Assembly: GCA_002269645.1 (NCBI GenBank)
Contig: NIVC01002657.1
Location: forward strand, 62,001-126,000
Origin: Macrostomum lignano
Lineage: Eukaryota
Direction of reading: 5' to 3'
Length of the DNA: 64,000 bases
The position numbers were made by a program, and so were the translations under genes. Below, piece after piece: positions 1 to 11,289 of this stretch; the first letter of the stretch is position 1; each line of letters starts with the position of its first letter. The notes beneath the pieces were generated by a model. That model was not told where the DNA came from. It ran no database searches and worked only from the letters and a program-made list of their open reading frames with translations.

Positions 1-174
1 AATAATGTTCCAGTACCAGTGCAGGTTATGCCAGTGCAAGTTATGCCAGTACAAGAAGATAATCTACCAGTGCAAAATAATAATGAGCAGCCAGCAGTCG
101 AAACTAGACCAGTTAGAGATAGACGGGAGCCGAGTAGATTTGTGATAGACCCAGGCCGGAAGAGCTACGAGTAA
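1..174 (+). pseudogene. C-terminal tail of an ORF running in from outside the window, possibly an LTR-retrotransposon pol/integrase tail
   Basis: Frame 1 is open from base 1 to TAA at 172-174: NNVPVPVQVMPVQ...ETRPVRDRREPSRFVIDPGRKSYE*. The RxxRxRxxPxRF-like motif is typical of Gypsy integrase tails. Only the tail is visible. Confidence 0.3.
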
Positions 175-257
175 GTTAGTTAGCTATATTCTATTGCTTG
201 CGAGTTTTGATCATTTCGCGCATTCGCCCAGTCTGTCCGCTTCGTTTGATTGTTTCT
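175..257 (+). repeat. Dispersed repeat module A, copy 1 (copy 2 at about 14612-14698)
   Basis: ttagcta..ttgcttgcgagttttgatcattt..cgcatt..cccagtct..ccgctt..tttgattgtttct is shared with 14612-14698, with scattered mismatches. Confidence 0.8.
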
Positions 258-740
258 GGAATCCTGGATTATGATAAAATGTGATTGAACGTGTGATTGA
301 ACTGGAATATAGTCTGCGCCGTGTTGATTTATACTTGATTGATTGATTGACGCGTATTGGATTCATTCAATTGGCGCGTTCACAAAATTTCTTCATTCTA
401 TTTCCATTTTAACTTTCAAATCCAACGCCTAATTAATTTCATCAGTCTTTTTCTTTCCCTTGTACTTTCAAACCACCCACCAAACCTCAACTCCGCAGTC
501 GCTTACCCCCCTCCACCGCTCACCATTCTGTCCCCAAAAGCCCCAACCCCCACCCCCATCCTCTCGCCAGCCTGGCCCCACCGCCCAACACTACTTTCAT
601 TGATCGATCGAAACCCCTAAACTTCCACGCACGTGATCTTTTAGCCCGTCTAACTAGCTAGCAAACCAATTTGATATCAAATGTTGAACGCACAACGGTC
701 CGTTGTACGCACAAGACGACGATGTGCGGTCGGTTATCCA

Positions 741-742
741 CT

Positions 743-773
<31 letters not shown>

Positions 774-775
774 CG
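741..775. repeat. (TGTC)n microsatellite next to short palindromes
   Basis: ctgtctgtctgtc... run; palindromes atttgatatcaaat (669-682) and acaacgg-t-ccgttgt (692-706) lie just upstream. Confidence 0.85.
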
Positions 776-1539
776 TGTACAAACGCGGCGCTCTCTCTTC
801 CAATTCCATACTATATAGATGGGCTAGGCTACCACCACCACCACGTTGTATTTTGCCAACCCTCTCTCTATCACTCTGTGCCTCAATAGATTAAATGTGT
901 CAGACAGACACAAAAGAAATTGAATGTATTATTAATTAACCTTTAGATAAATTCGAATTCCAGCCACAGCCAACAGATCGACCATTTATTATAAGCGTTA
1001 CAACTAATCCAACATCTAATAATCATGGATAGCTAGCTGGCGGCAACTTGACCAATTGAACAAGTGAGTATATGCCTGTTTATATTAACAATTATAAAGA
1101 ATCCATGCTACCAAAAGAATCCAAAAGAATAATAACATACTACTAAACATATCATGTTAAACCGAAACTCAAACAGCAGTATTTCAACACTCCCTGATTT
1201 AAGCTTGGGTGCTTTAATTCGGCTTTTTTATATAATTAATTTAGTTTACTTATTAATTGTCATCCGCGGAGTTTTTAGAAGTCTGCGTAACTTCTGTATT
1301 TTATCTATATACTTTATAGCGGCGCGAGACTATTATTAATTTGTTGATCCCTAGCCCAATTGTTGTGCGTTAAGACTAGCATTTGACGGCTAATCCTATA
1401 TGCTTCAGCAATACTGTTTGGCATCTAATCCCATATACTCGTACTTTTGGACTTATAAACTATAACACATTGTTCTACCATAGATATTTTGTTTATTAAA
1501 TCACAACTTAAGCAACAGTGTCAGTAGCAGCAGTGTTGA

Positions 1540-2208
1540 CTGATGATATGACCCCGATTGATTCTGGTGATGTGACCCCGTTGACTGGTGATGTGACCTT
1601 GGCGACAGGTGATGTGACTCCGATTGAGTGGTGATGTTACCCGATTGACTGGTGTTGTGAACAAAGTGACTGCTGGTGTGACATACTTGACTGGTGTTGT
1701 GACCTGATTGACTGGTGATGTGACCATGGTGACTGGTGATGTGACCGTGTTGACGCGATGTGACCGTGTTGACTGGTGATGTGACCATGGTGACTGGTGA
1801 TGTGATCGTGTTGACTGGCGATGTGACCTGGTTGACTGGTGTTGTGACTCCGATTGAGTGGTGATGTTACCCGATTGACTGGTGTTGTGACCATGAAGAT
1901 TGGTGATGTGATCAAAGTGACTGCTGGTGTGACATACTTGACTGGTGTTGTGACCTGTTTGGCTGGTGATGTGACCTGATTGACTGGTGATGTGACCATG
2001 GTGACTGGTGATGTGACTCTGATTGCGTGGTGATGTGACCAACGCGACTGGTGATGTGACCTGGTCGACTGGTGTTGTGACCATGTTGACTAGTGATGTG
2101 ACCTGGTTGACTGGTGTTGTGACCATGTTGACTGGTGATGTGACCATGGTGACTGGTGATGTGATCTGGTCGACTGGTGATGTGACATCGAGAAGGTGAT
2201 GTGACCTA
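1540..2208. repeat. 21-bp minisatellite (core gactggtgatgtgacc), copy 1
   Basis: About 30 degenerate tandem units. The overlapping VTSPVN-type ORFs are translations of the repeat. Same family as 14720-15410. Confidence 0.95.
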
Positions 2209-2357
2209 CGTTTGTTTCTACGTTTAATATTATAGTTCGAATGAGTTATGAGTGGAATCTGCGTGTAACCTTGCGGTTTTGGGCTACTGGTTTGGGTTTT
2301 ACTGCTATTTCTATTATCATGTACTTTTAATTTGGTAGGTTGCTGCCACCAGACTAA

Positions 2358-3815
2358 TGTCCCTTTATAGTTAAATTTAAATTAAAATAAGTGAGACAAG
2401 AGTGAAAATTGTGTGCGATTATTAAAACAAACGAAAGAACATTATTATTAACCAAATATGCAGAGTAAGTTTTACACTGTTAGTTTCCTACGTTAATGAT
2501 TCGGTAGACTCCGTGTGATTAGACTAATGGTAGACTCCTTTAGTCTTTACCTATTTTATCTAACTGACTATACTAATATTCCTATTCTCGGTAGACTCCG
2601 TTTAGACTAAGTGGTAGACTCCTTCTTAGCCTCCCTATTTTACCCTGGACTTACTCTTAACTTCTTATGTTTCTAGAGTTTTATTTCTTCTTTCCATACA
2701 AGGGGAGACTCCCTTTTATTTGGTTGAAGCTTTGAGACTTAGTCTCTAAAATATTGTCCTGGTGGACGGTCCTGAGCGGGAGATGCTTTTGAGCGGGAGA
2801 TGCTTTTGAGCGGGAGATGCTTTTCCCGAGGACTATGACTATGACTATGATAAGTACTTCCGGCGCCTCAGCCTAAGTAAAAAGGCTCTTACGCCACTAG
2901 AGATAATTTAGATTCCTGATTGGGAGTGTACTCATGTACACTAAAAGCCAATTAGACTATAGAGGACTGTACAGGGCAATAACATAAAATCCAAACCTCC
3001 CCGGGAGACAGTGACAGCGGTTCGACGAACCAGTCAGGAGCCCGTGCCCAAAAACCAGGTTAGAAGGCCCCTTAGCCTGTTAGGGATGGCCCGAAGGCCT
3101 AGAGCCGTGGCAACCATGCTGGGGCCGACCGCCCACCACCCCCGGGTACATAGCAAAAACCTCCCCGGGGCCAGAGGGGGTTGAGTGAACCATTCAGGGA
3201 AGCCCGTGCCTACTCCTGGGTTAGAAGCCAATGCCGGTCATTTGACCGCCCCCCACGGCCGTGGCAACCCGAAGGAGCCTCCCCCCAACTAAACCCCGGG
3301 TACTCTTGCCAACAGACAGTCTCTTATCTTTGAAGCGGCAGGAGGGCTAATCGCCGGGACTGTTTCACCCTTTGCTTCGCCAACCCGCCATTTTTATTGT
3401 GACCGTGCCAACGGTCTCGTCCTGCTCAGACTCAGTCCTGGTTCTGGCACACTCCAGCTTTAATAGGGTCGCTGGCTGTACGCTCAGAGGGCGCCTGAGG
3501 GATACCGTCAGAGCACCTTGGTACAGGTATAGGCCTGCCTTCCTATACAGCTACCCACAGCCCTTCCCGATCCACTATTACCCTCCAACCCAGCCTACTC
3601 ACTCATTACAAGCTTTCAGCCAGGCAGAGACAAGTTTCACAGGAGTGACTGCGGTTAGGCGTCTCTATGCGAGACAAAACCTATGGGAGAAACTCTATGG
3701 GAGATGCTTTTCCCGAGGCTAAACAGCCTTTTACTAATGGAGGAACCCGCCAAGACTCGAATTCCCACAACTTCAGATATTTCCCTGAGAGTGAACTACT
3801 AACAGTAGCGTAACA
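2358..3815 (-). mobile_element. Probable LTR (minus strand) followed by a tRNA-Leu primer binding site; internal region lost
   Basis: Minus strand starts TGTTACG (3815) and ends ...GGGACA (2358). TGGTGGCAGC follows at 2351-2342, complementary to the tRNA-Leu 3' end GCUGCCACCA. Internal direct repeats: ttttgagcgggagatgc x3 near 2775-2825, and gggagatgcttttcccgagg repeated near 3700. No TSD identified; ends are tentative. Confidence 0.45.
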
Positions 3816-4084
3816 GCAAAACTGCTTATTCTAGACTTCATGCTACTAAAATAATTCATCTCGACGAATGGCAAACGCCTTAGCAAAACTGCTTGAAATA
3901 AACCCCCTACTACACTTACCCCCCAATAAAAAAATGTGCAAACCCCTTTGCATATTTCGGCTATTTTCAGGTTTATTTCAAGTAAGCAATATGTTATGTA
4001 ATGTAGGCAGATTAGCTAGCTGAATAATGGCATGCAGCAGGATAACATGACAACTAAATTAACTAATGAGTTCATGGCATGAAT

Positions 4085-4275
4085 AATAATTGAGCAATGA
4101 TTACGCAAGAGTACATATTATTTTGAGCAATAATTAAAAGGTACATAGTATGACAATTTAAACATATTAATTTGAGCAATCATTAAAAGGTACATAGAAT
4201 GACAATTAAACATATTAATTTGAGCAATGATTAAAAGGTACATAGCATGACAATTAAACATATTAATTTGAGCAA
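4085..4275. repeat. AT-rich tandem repeat of about 49 bp, about 4 copies
   Basis: ttgagcaatNattaaaaggtacatagNatgacaattaaacatattaat repeated. Confidence 0.85.
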
Positions 4276-4347
4276 CAATACTTTGATTAATGAACTAATA
4301 AAATAAGCAATGATAGGCCATAACCAGATAGGTTTTTTTCCTGAATA

Positions 4348-4593
4348 TTATCGATATATACGAGGCTCTTGAAGCACAGATTCAAATCTCTTGCAATTGG
4401 TGTCATTTTGAAGAAGAGACTTGCCGCTTTCAAATGACACCAAGCACATGCAAGTGTGACTGTCCATACGTCCACACCAAGCAAAAGTAACACTACTTTC
4501 CGGACGCCCCTCGTATATATGTAAGGCAAGCGGTGCATCGAATTTGAAAAGGAAAAAAAGGCTCGTGGCACTGTGTAAAAAATGCGACAACAT
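4348..4593 (-). CDS. Small hypothetical ORF (81 aa), third of a packed minus-strand cluster
   Basis: ATG start 53 bp after the stop of 4646-5479. No recognisable domain; the overlapping frame 4287-4571 is an alternative. Confidence 0.25.
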   Translation of the reverse strand: MLSHFLHSATSLFFLFKFDAPLALHIYEGRPESSVTFAWCGRMDSHTCMCLVSFESGKSLLQNDTNCKRFESVLQEPRIYR

Positions 4594-4645
4594 AAAAGTA
4601 ATTAAAACTATTAATTGTGTAAATAAACCGGAAATTTTTCAGCTA

Positions 4646-5479
4646 CTAGATTTGCCCTATAGGTCGGCAGGTTGGCGCCCTCTGTGTACACTGGTACAGG
4701 AGGCCAGTCGCGGGGGTTCGTCTGTCCTTTGCGTCGAATAGTTCAACCATGGCCCGGAGATGCTCACTTACTTGGAAGGGCGACAGTGGTCCCCTAGCCC
4801 TATCCTCAGCGTATTGGAGGGCGTACGTGCAGGCGACTTCCATACACTGGACTTTCTGCCCAGCGGTGGCCTGTGCCAGAAATCGAGTGCACTCTGGCGG
4901 CACCGTCGAGTTGTAGCGGCCAGTGTTGCCTGTTCTCAGCAGCCACTTTTTAAGCGCCTTGGTACTCTTCCTGAAACTTCGTGGGCTGGCTCCTGGCCGC
5001 TCGTTGCTTTCAGCAAGGTCTTGTGGCTGCGGTGTGTCGGCCCGGAAGAAGATAGCTACATCGACCGGAGTCTCATTAGTCGTCGGCTTCGACTCCGGTG
5101 CTTCCTTAGGTTCCGGCACTTCTTGCGGTTCCGACACTTCTGCTGGGGCGTCGTTCTTCGGGCTGAGCTCTTCCTCAAGTTCCGGCAATTCTACTCCTAG
5201 TAGAGCTGCCATGAATTCCTCCTGTTCTCGCTTCACCTCCTCTTCATGCCTTCTCGTTGCCTCCTCCAGTTCTACTCCATTTAGAGCTACAACCAACTCT
5301 CCAGCCTCTTTATCCTCGTCCAATTCCTCTCGCTGTTGAACTTCTATGCGCTTCTCAGTTGCTTCTCTTGCTCGTACCGATCGTACTTGTGGCTGTTCGT
5401 TCTCATCGGGGCTACTTCTTCTTTTCTTTCCCGAATAAATTGTTTTAATGGGATATACCCGTTCCGGGGCGTTAGCCAT
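4646..5479 (-). CDS. Hypothetical intronless protein (277 aa), Glu/Pro-rich N-half and Cys-containing helical C-half
   Basis: ATG start, long GC-richer ORF in an AT-rich context, protein-like composition (KKRR basic patch, EEE coiled-coil stretch). No family recognised. Confidence 0.55.
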   Translation of the reverse strand: MANAPERVYPIKTIYSGKKRRSSPDENEQPQVRSVRAREATEKRIEVQQREELDEDKEAGELVVALNGVELEEATRRHEEEVKREQEEFMAALLGVELPELEEELSPKNDAPAEVSEPQEVPEPKEAPESKPTTNETPVDVAIFFRADTPQPQDLAESNERPGASPRSFRKSTKALKKWLLRTGNTGRYNSTVPPECTRFLAQATAGQKVQCMEVACTYALQYAEDRARGPLSPFQVSEHLRAMVELFDAKDRRTPATGLLYQCTQRAPTCRPIGQI

Positions 5480-5483
5480 AATG

Positions 5484-5678
5484 CTATTCGAGCTGGAAGA
5501 GCAGGTAGGGGTTAAACAACTCCGTTACCTTCTGTACATACGAGTATGTATCTAACCATAGATTGGAGGAATCTAGCACGCTGACGAGTGCGTCAATGGC
5601 TGAAACTAGCGCACGAGGGTTTTTGCCATAGACGCACAAGTCAAAGTGCTTGATTCCCATTCTTATTTGATCCAACAT
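5484..5678 (-). CDS. Small hypothetical ORF (64 aa) directly upstream of the 277-aa ORF
   Basis: ATG at 5678, TAG at 5484, 4-bp gap to the next ATG. Amphipathic-looking sequence MLDQIRMGIKHFDLCVYGKNPRALVSAIDAL. Confidence 0.4.
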   Translation of the reverse strand: MLDQIRMGIKHFDLCVYGKNPRALVSAIDALVSVLDSSNLWLDTYSYVQKVTELFNPYLLFQLE

Positions 5679-5762
5679 ATGTGGCTAAAGTAGACAAGGG
5701 TGGAGCTGGGGGTGTGGAGTTAGACTTGAACCATAGACAAAATATGCGCGAGCTAGTCTGAA

Positions 5763-5952
5763 CATTCTTGCACGATGGAAAGAAGATTATGCTTGTAGTC
5801 TATGGCTGTTGTGCTAAATATAGAAACATTACGCATTACATTCTTGCACGATTGACATTCCTGCACGGAGTGCACATGTAAATTCAAGGTGCTTTTACCA
5901 TAGACACTTGCATTTCTGCACGCATATGGCGACTTCCAAAGCATTCTTGCAC
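5763..5952 (-). promoter_or_regulatory. Cluster of five CGTGCA(A/G)GAATG-like motifs upstream of the ORF cluster
   Basis: Plus-strand cattcttgcacg or near variants at about 5763, 5839, 5857, 5911 and 5942. A regulatory role is inferred from position only. Confidence 0.35.
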
Positions 5953-5980
5953 GCTGGATCAAATAAGAATGAAGAGTTAA

Positions 5981-6240
5981 CATTCTGCCTTCGATTGTTG
6001 CTCGCGCGCACGCGCGCGTTTTTATCAGTTAGCTGGCTACCCCCACGCTTTCTATTTCGATACAAACGAGCTAAATATAAATGGGGGATGATCCTAGACA
6101 GCATACAGGTGACCTTGTCATCGGCCAATACAGAGCAGCGAAAACCAACCCCCATAATACAAGCCAATAGATGCGTAAAATTGATGCTAAAATTGGCGAG
6201 CATGGTATATCCCAGGGTCTCAGCTTTTTAAGGAAAAAAA
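5981..6240 (+). repeat. Dispersed repeat module B of about 260 bp, copy 1 (inverted copy at 14316-14575)
   Basis: cattctgccttcgattg...cgcgcgcgtttttatcagttag...ccaatagatgcgtaaaattgatgctaaaattgg...tttttaaggaaaaaaa matches the reverse complement of 14316-14575. Confidence 0.9.
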
Positions 6241-6309
6241 CTAGCTAGTTTAATTTAAGCATCCCGTTTTGTTACAACGCACGAACCGCGTACGCCTTAC
6301 CTTTTACAG

Positions 6310-6826
6310 TCAACTACTGCTCTTGTATGTTCATGCAATACCGTGACGCGACGGCAGCAAGAAGACACGACAACGATCCTGCAGCTGTCGATCTCTAATG
6401 TCAGTGACCGCAGCTTTCCCGAGTTAGTCCGCTACTCTACTCTTTCCTCGTCGGGTGAAACAAACATTTCCTGTCCGAAATGTCAGGCCGGTTGGTGCAG
6501 CCACAATCAGGTATCTGCATTGAAGTCTGAGTACCTGTGCATCGGAATTGATCGAGTGGTTTTCGATCGTAAAAATGGTTCTTTTCGTAAGACTACATTT
6601 CCCATTCCGGTAAAACTCAATCTTGTCTTAAGCGGCAGAGTTTATCAACTTCGAGCTGCCGTTGTTCATCTGGGCAGCTCGGTAGTAACAGGCCATTACG
6701 TAGCGCATGTTTTTTCCAAATGAATTTACCTGCTTTTACGTGAGTGATCTCAACACCTGTAGAGTATCAATACCGGCCGTTTTTGAAAGCATAAAGAAAA
6801 ACTGCTGCGCTCTTTTCTATCGCTAA
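6310..6826 (+). pseudogene. Ubiquitin-specific protease (peptidase C19/USP) C-terminal exon, frameshifted
   Basis: Acceptor ttttacag at 6309. Reads STTALVCSCN..LQLSI..CPKC..YQLRAAVVHLGSSVVTGHYVAHV (His box). After a frameshift near 6718 it continues NEFTCFYVSDLNTCRVSIPAVFESIKKNCCALFYR* (USP terminal box-like). No Cys box found upstream. Confidence 0.75.
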
Positions 6827-7474
6827 TTTTACGGTCCTTCACGTCTGTGCGTGCAGTGAATGCCAATTAGTTCCCCACTTTTATTGTTTTTGTTAGATGT
6901 TCTGTTACATGGCAAAATAGTTTTAATAAAGCCGACTAGGCCTAATCCATCCGCGAAAAAGGCTTTGGACTTCCGGTGTGACCATCGTTGCTTTTGCGTT
7001 ACTATTTTATAGTCCGCTATACAATTTTAGCGTACATTTTTACGGCTGCTATTTCATGACGGCTTTTATTATTGCCTTTGACAAGCTAAGAGAATTTGGA
7101 CATTTAAAATGGAGTTAATGGTTGCTTAATCAGGATTCATGCCAGTCATGAATAACCTCCCTCTCTGTCCTCTCTGTTCAGTGTACTTGCACATGCGCAT
7201 TAATTAAATTATCGATTGCTTAGCTCGTATTGCCCCACCTTATCACTTAGCATCTCCTGTCTTTCAGCTCAACTTCAACCCCCCATTTGTCTATACACCC
7301 CTTGGCCACTCACTTAAGACCGCCAACAACCCCCCCCCTTCTGTGCCCTATCTCGCCCAGCTCACCATCCCCCAAATTTACAATAGTAACCAAGCATTCT
7401 CATATAGCTTCTCAAAAGCAATAGTCACTCGCTTTTTTATTTTACTTTCTTCCAACGAAAACTGTTCTTTTTTG

Positions 7475-10400
7475 CAGTGGCGTAGGAATGGGGGGGATGG
7501 GGGGATGTATCCCCCCCCCCGAACAGCCGGCAAAAATTTTTTTTGAAGTATGTTTTTCTAGTATATGATGTAGATTGTAGATGTCACCTGTGAAAGTAAT
7601 TTAGCATTGGGTGTGTGTTGTAATGAATAGTGGGGTGGTGTGGTGTGTAGGCTAGGCTCACTATCACTATCATGGACAGGAATGAAGGGCCTAATGTACA
7701 ATGTAATGTACATTGGAGCTCAACCCCCAGGCCCCAGGACGAGAGGAGAGGGGAAGGGCAACAAATAAGGGTTGGAGGTCAGGGGACAGGGGGATAGGCA
7801 CTTAGGCAGTGGCCAGTGTGCACATTGGAACAGGCGTGTCTGAAAGGGAGAGCCAGGGCTGAAAATAGCCAATAGAAAGCGGGGCAGGGAGAGATTTTCG
7901 GTCAACCGAAGGGCTTGACTTTCGGTTTCGGCGCACAAACTGCTGTTTTGTAACAGTTTGTAACAAACTGCAACGAAACTATGGATCCGCCTGGACCGCC
8001 TCTCGCAAAACAGCAGAAGCTTGATCGCTTCTTTCAGCTACAGCGGCAAGCTGTGACTCCGTCTCCGTCGAATGAAGCCAATGACATTGACATTTCAATT
8101 TCTGCAAGCACTGTGGAGGCTGATTCTGGACTACAAAGCAACCAAGCAGATGCAGTAGCTATTCCTCCACCTTCGGATTCAGCTGCAAGGTTAGATATCG
8201 GGGATGCTGTGCAGATGCGCATTGATGGAAGGTTGACAGCTGAAGACCGTCTGCGCTTTATGAAGGACACGCTGAAGGTAGGCCCTGACTACCAGCTTCC
8301 ACACTCAGTTGGGAAAAAGCAAAATTACAAGCTGCTTCACCATCACATCAGCGGTAAGAATAGCTGCTTCGTATACTCACCCAAAAGAAAGGGGGTATTC
8401 TGTCTGCCTTGCGTTCTCTTTGCTCCGGATAAAGGCTGCGGTAACCGTAACAACCAAGATTTAGGTCGGCTGGTGACAATTCCGGTGACGAATTTTAAAA
8501 AAATACTGGAAATTTACAACAAGCATCGCTTGTCGCTTTACCATAGTCAAGCCTGCGACTCTTTCAGTCAAGTGCAAAAGCAGTCGTCTACAGGTGACGT
8601 CTCAGCGCAGCTGAGTACAGCAGCTGATGCAGCTTTGCAGGAGCGCCGCTACATTTTTAAGCAGTGATAAGAGCCATTGAATATCTCGGGCGCACCAATC
8701 AAGCCCTTCGCGGTCATAGAGAAGCGCCAGGACGGCTTCAAGTGCCAGAGGCTATCGAATCAGTTGACTTCTCGCAAGGTAATCTTCGCGCGTTGCTTCA
8801 AAGAGATGCTGTAAAGGACAAAAAAATTGGCCGACTTACTGCGCAATAGTCCTTTGAACTCGACAGGCTTGTCTCCGACTGTGCAGAACAGGATTATCGA
8901 TTGCATCGAGGCAATGATTACGCGCCAGATCATTCGCCCAGTTAACTCATTCTATGCAATTATCGTGGATGGAACTAGCGATGTTTCACGAGTCGAACAA
9001 CTTTCTGTGAATATCCGTTTTGTGACAGATAATTGCGATGTTGAAGAGCGCTTCTTGGGCTTTATCGATCTCAAAGAGCAAGATGCTGCCGCAATTGTTG
9101 ACGCAATCGACAAGAGACTAGAAGCACTCCAGCTTTAAAAGGATTTTCTCATTGCTCAGGGTTTCGACGGAGCATCAGTGATGAGTGCTGAACGTGGTGT
9201 GCAAGGCCGGATCCGAGAAAACTGCCCTAATGCTGTTTACATCCACTGCTTCAGCCATTGCCTTAATCTGTGCACAAGAGCGGTCATTGACAGCAAGCAC
9301 GGTATTCGAGAACTGAAGGCGGCTTACGCAACTATCGATGCTGCTTCAAAGCACTTTGCGCATTCAGCTGTGAGAACGCAGAAGTTTGCTAAGGTAATTG
9401 CCAGCATAAATGCCGAGGGCAAAGATCATCGGCTCAAGACTCGGCTGAAATCAATCTGTCCAACGCGGTTTGTTGAGAGTTTAACGAACATTTTCGACTT
9501 CGTAACACTTTTCGATGTTTCTGCCCAGTACTTCATCGATGCTGATCAATTAGTCTACAATGCAATGACTAATTCGATGACAATTGTTGCCCTTCACGTG
9601 CTACAAGCAGTGCTAGGAGTGATGCATGGGCTTTCTGTTGCGCTTCAGGTAAGAATCTCAATTCTTAAAGTGCGCTGATATTGAGGCAGAGAGTGATCAA
9701 TTTCTAGCAAATTGATTACTCAGTATTTTACTTAAACTTGTCAAAAATATCTGTGATCTTTTATATTTTCCTTCACAGTCGACAGCGATGGATCTAGTCA
9801 CGGCGAGTGAGGAAGCTGATCGAGTTCTCCGTCGACTGGTGGCTTGGCGCAGTGACGCCGAGGATGTTAAATTCAATGAGGTATTTAACGCTGCTGAGGA
9901 GCTGCATAAGAAGCACCATGACGGCGAGAACGTACCCGACAAGTATCGTGCAAGATCATCCAGCCGCAGCCAGCACAAAAGTAACGCACCGGGGAAAGAT
10001 ACCCGTGATGTCTACAAGATAAAAATGTGGTACCCAACCCTTGATTTAGTTATCCGAGAGATTCGCGAGCGCTTCTCAAAATCATCCAAGATCGCGATGC
10101 GGATGGCGAAGCTCTGCTACCGGCTCATTGCCTCGAAGAAGACTCCATAGTGGCTGCTGGCGAAGCTTTTAAGGAATATTGCGCATTTCTGGACAGCCGG
10201 GCAGCATTCGAGGCAGAATTTGAAGGCTGGCGTGAGTTTTGCCGTGATATATCACCAGCTGATCGAGCTGCAAAAACTATTGATGAGGCGATTCAGCGAT
10301 GCAATGCCTCCGTGTGGCCAAATGTCTCTAGGCTACTCAGACTTTTTTACCACTCCGGTGACAACCTGCACAGCGGAAAGAAGCTTCAGTCTCTTGCGTC

Positions 10401-10949
10401 GTCTTAAGAATTACATGCGATCAACGATGACGGAAGGAAGGCTGAATGGTCTGGCAATGCTCGCCGTGCACAAAGATATTAAGCTAGATTACGAGGATGT
10501 GATCGCAGAGTATTGCCGCAGATTTGACACGCGACTGCGTCTGATTTAACGTCAAGATAACGGAACTGTCCCATTGAACTTGTTGAAGGCGCCTTCCCCC
10601 CTTTCCCTTCTCTTCCCCTCCCTTCTCTGCAATATTCCTTAAACTCTTTCCCCATCTGCGTTTCCAGCTGCCATTTCATGATTATTATTTATAGTTGTGT
10701 GCTTCCTTATTTTGATTTGCTAAAGAAATACTAATAACAAGTGCATTATAACCAATATTCTATGAGGGGAAATCGATAGCACCCCACTGGCCACTTCGTG
10801 ATTTTAAAATACACGATATTTGAATATTGATGGGCGATGGCATTTTTCAGCAACAGACCATGCAATACTTCAAGATTTAGAATTTCTTCTTCCCTCCCTT
10901 GGGGCGGCCTATCCCCCCCCCCCGAAGAAAATTTCTGGCTACGCGGTTG
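7475..10949 (+). mobile_element. Complete hAT DNA transposon (3475 bp) with 8-bp TSD
   Basis: Imperfect TIRs cagtggcgtag / ctacgcggttg; identical flanking octamer CTTTTTTG at 7467-7474 and 10950-10957; G- and C-run subterminal regions; encodes a hAT transposase. Confidence 0.93.
7981..10549 (+). pseudogene. hAT transposase (ZMYM1/THAP12-like, DUF4371 plus dimerisation domain), disrupted, one intron 9649-9778
   Basis: Motifs FCLPC, IVDGTSD, ERFLGF, GFDGASVMS, YIHCFSHCLNL, PTRF and TPVTTCTAERSFSLLRRLKNYMRSTMTEGRLNGLAML. Frameshifts near 8665, 8826 and 10150-10330; in-frame TAA at 9136-9138; phase-0 GT-AG intron joins LQ|STAMDL. Confidence 0.92.
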
Positions 10950-11289
10950 CTTTTTTGTATTTGCCTGATAAACACCTCTTAAATCGTTGCACTACTTTCA
11001 TTGTATAGCAATTTGACGATCATTATTTGTAGTTTTGATGCGTTACAATTCATTGTTTGTTTGCCATTCGGCATTGAACCTATACGAATGTTCAATTTAT
11101 TCGAAAGAAGCAACAAGAACAAACATAGACGAAACCTATGTGATGAATGAATGCCTCAAATGAACACCAAAAAAGTTAACTTTCAGTCAATGCAGTCATT
11201 AAAGCTATTCAAAAAAGAAATCAATGATGTTCGAATTGCCGTTCACTTGGATTCGCATTTTTTTCTGGTGGGCCTTGGACCCGATGAAA

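Noticed and set aside
1501-2147. Long ORFs with VTSPVN / HGHITS repeats (also 14691-15437 on both strands)
   Set aside because: Translations of a 21-bp minisatellite whose unit lacks stops; no unique coding flank or splice context.
5753-5983. 76-aa Cys/His-containing ORF resembling a zinc finger
   Set aside because: The Cys pattern (VQEC, CKN) comes from the repeated cattcttgcacg motif; non-ATG start.
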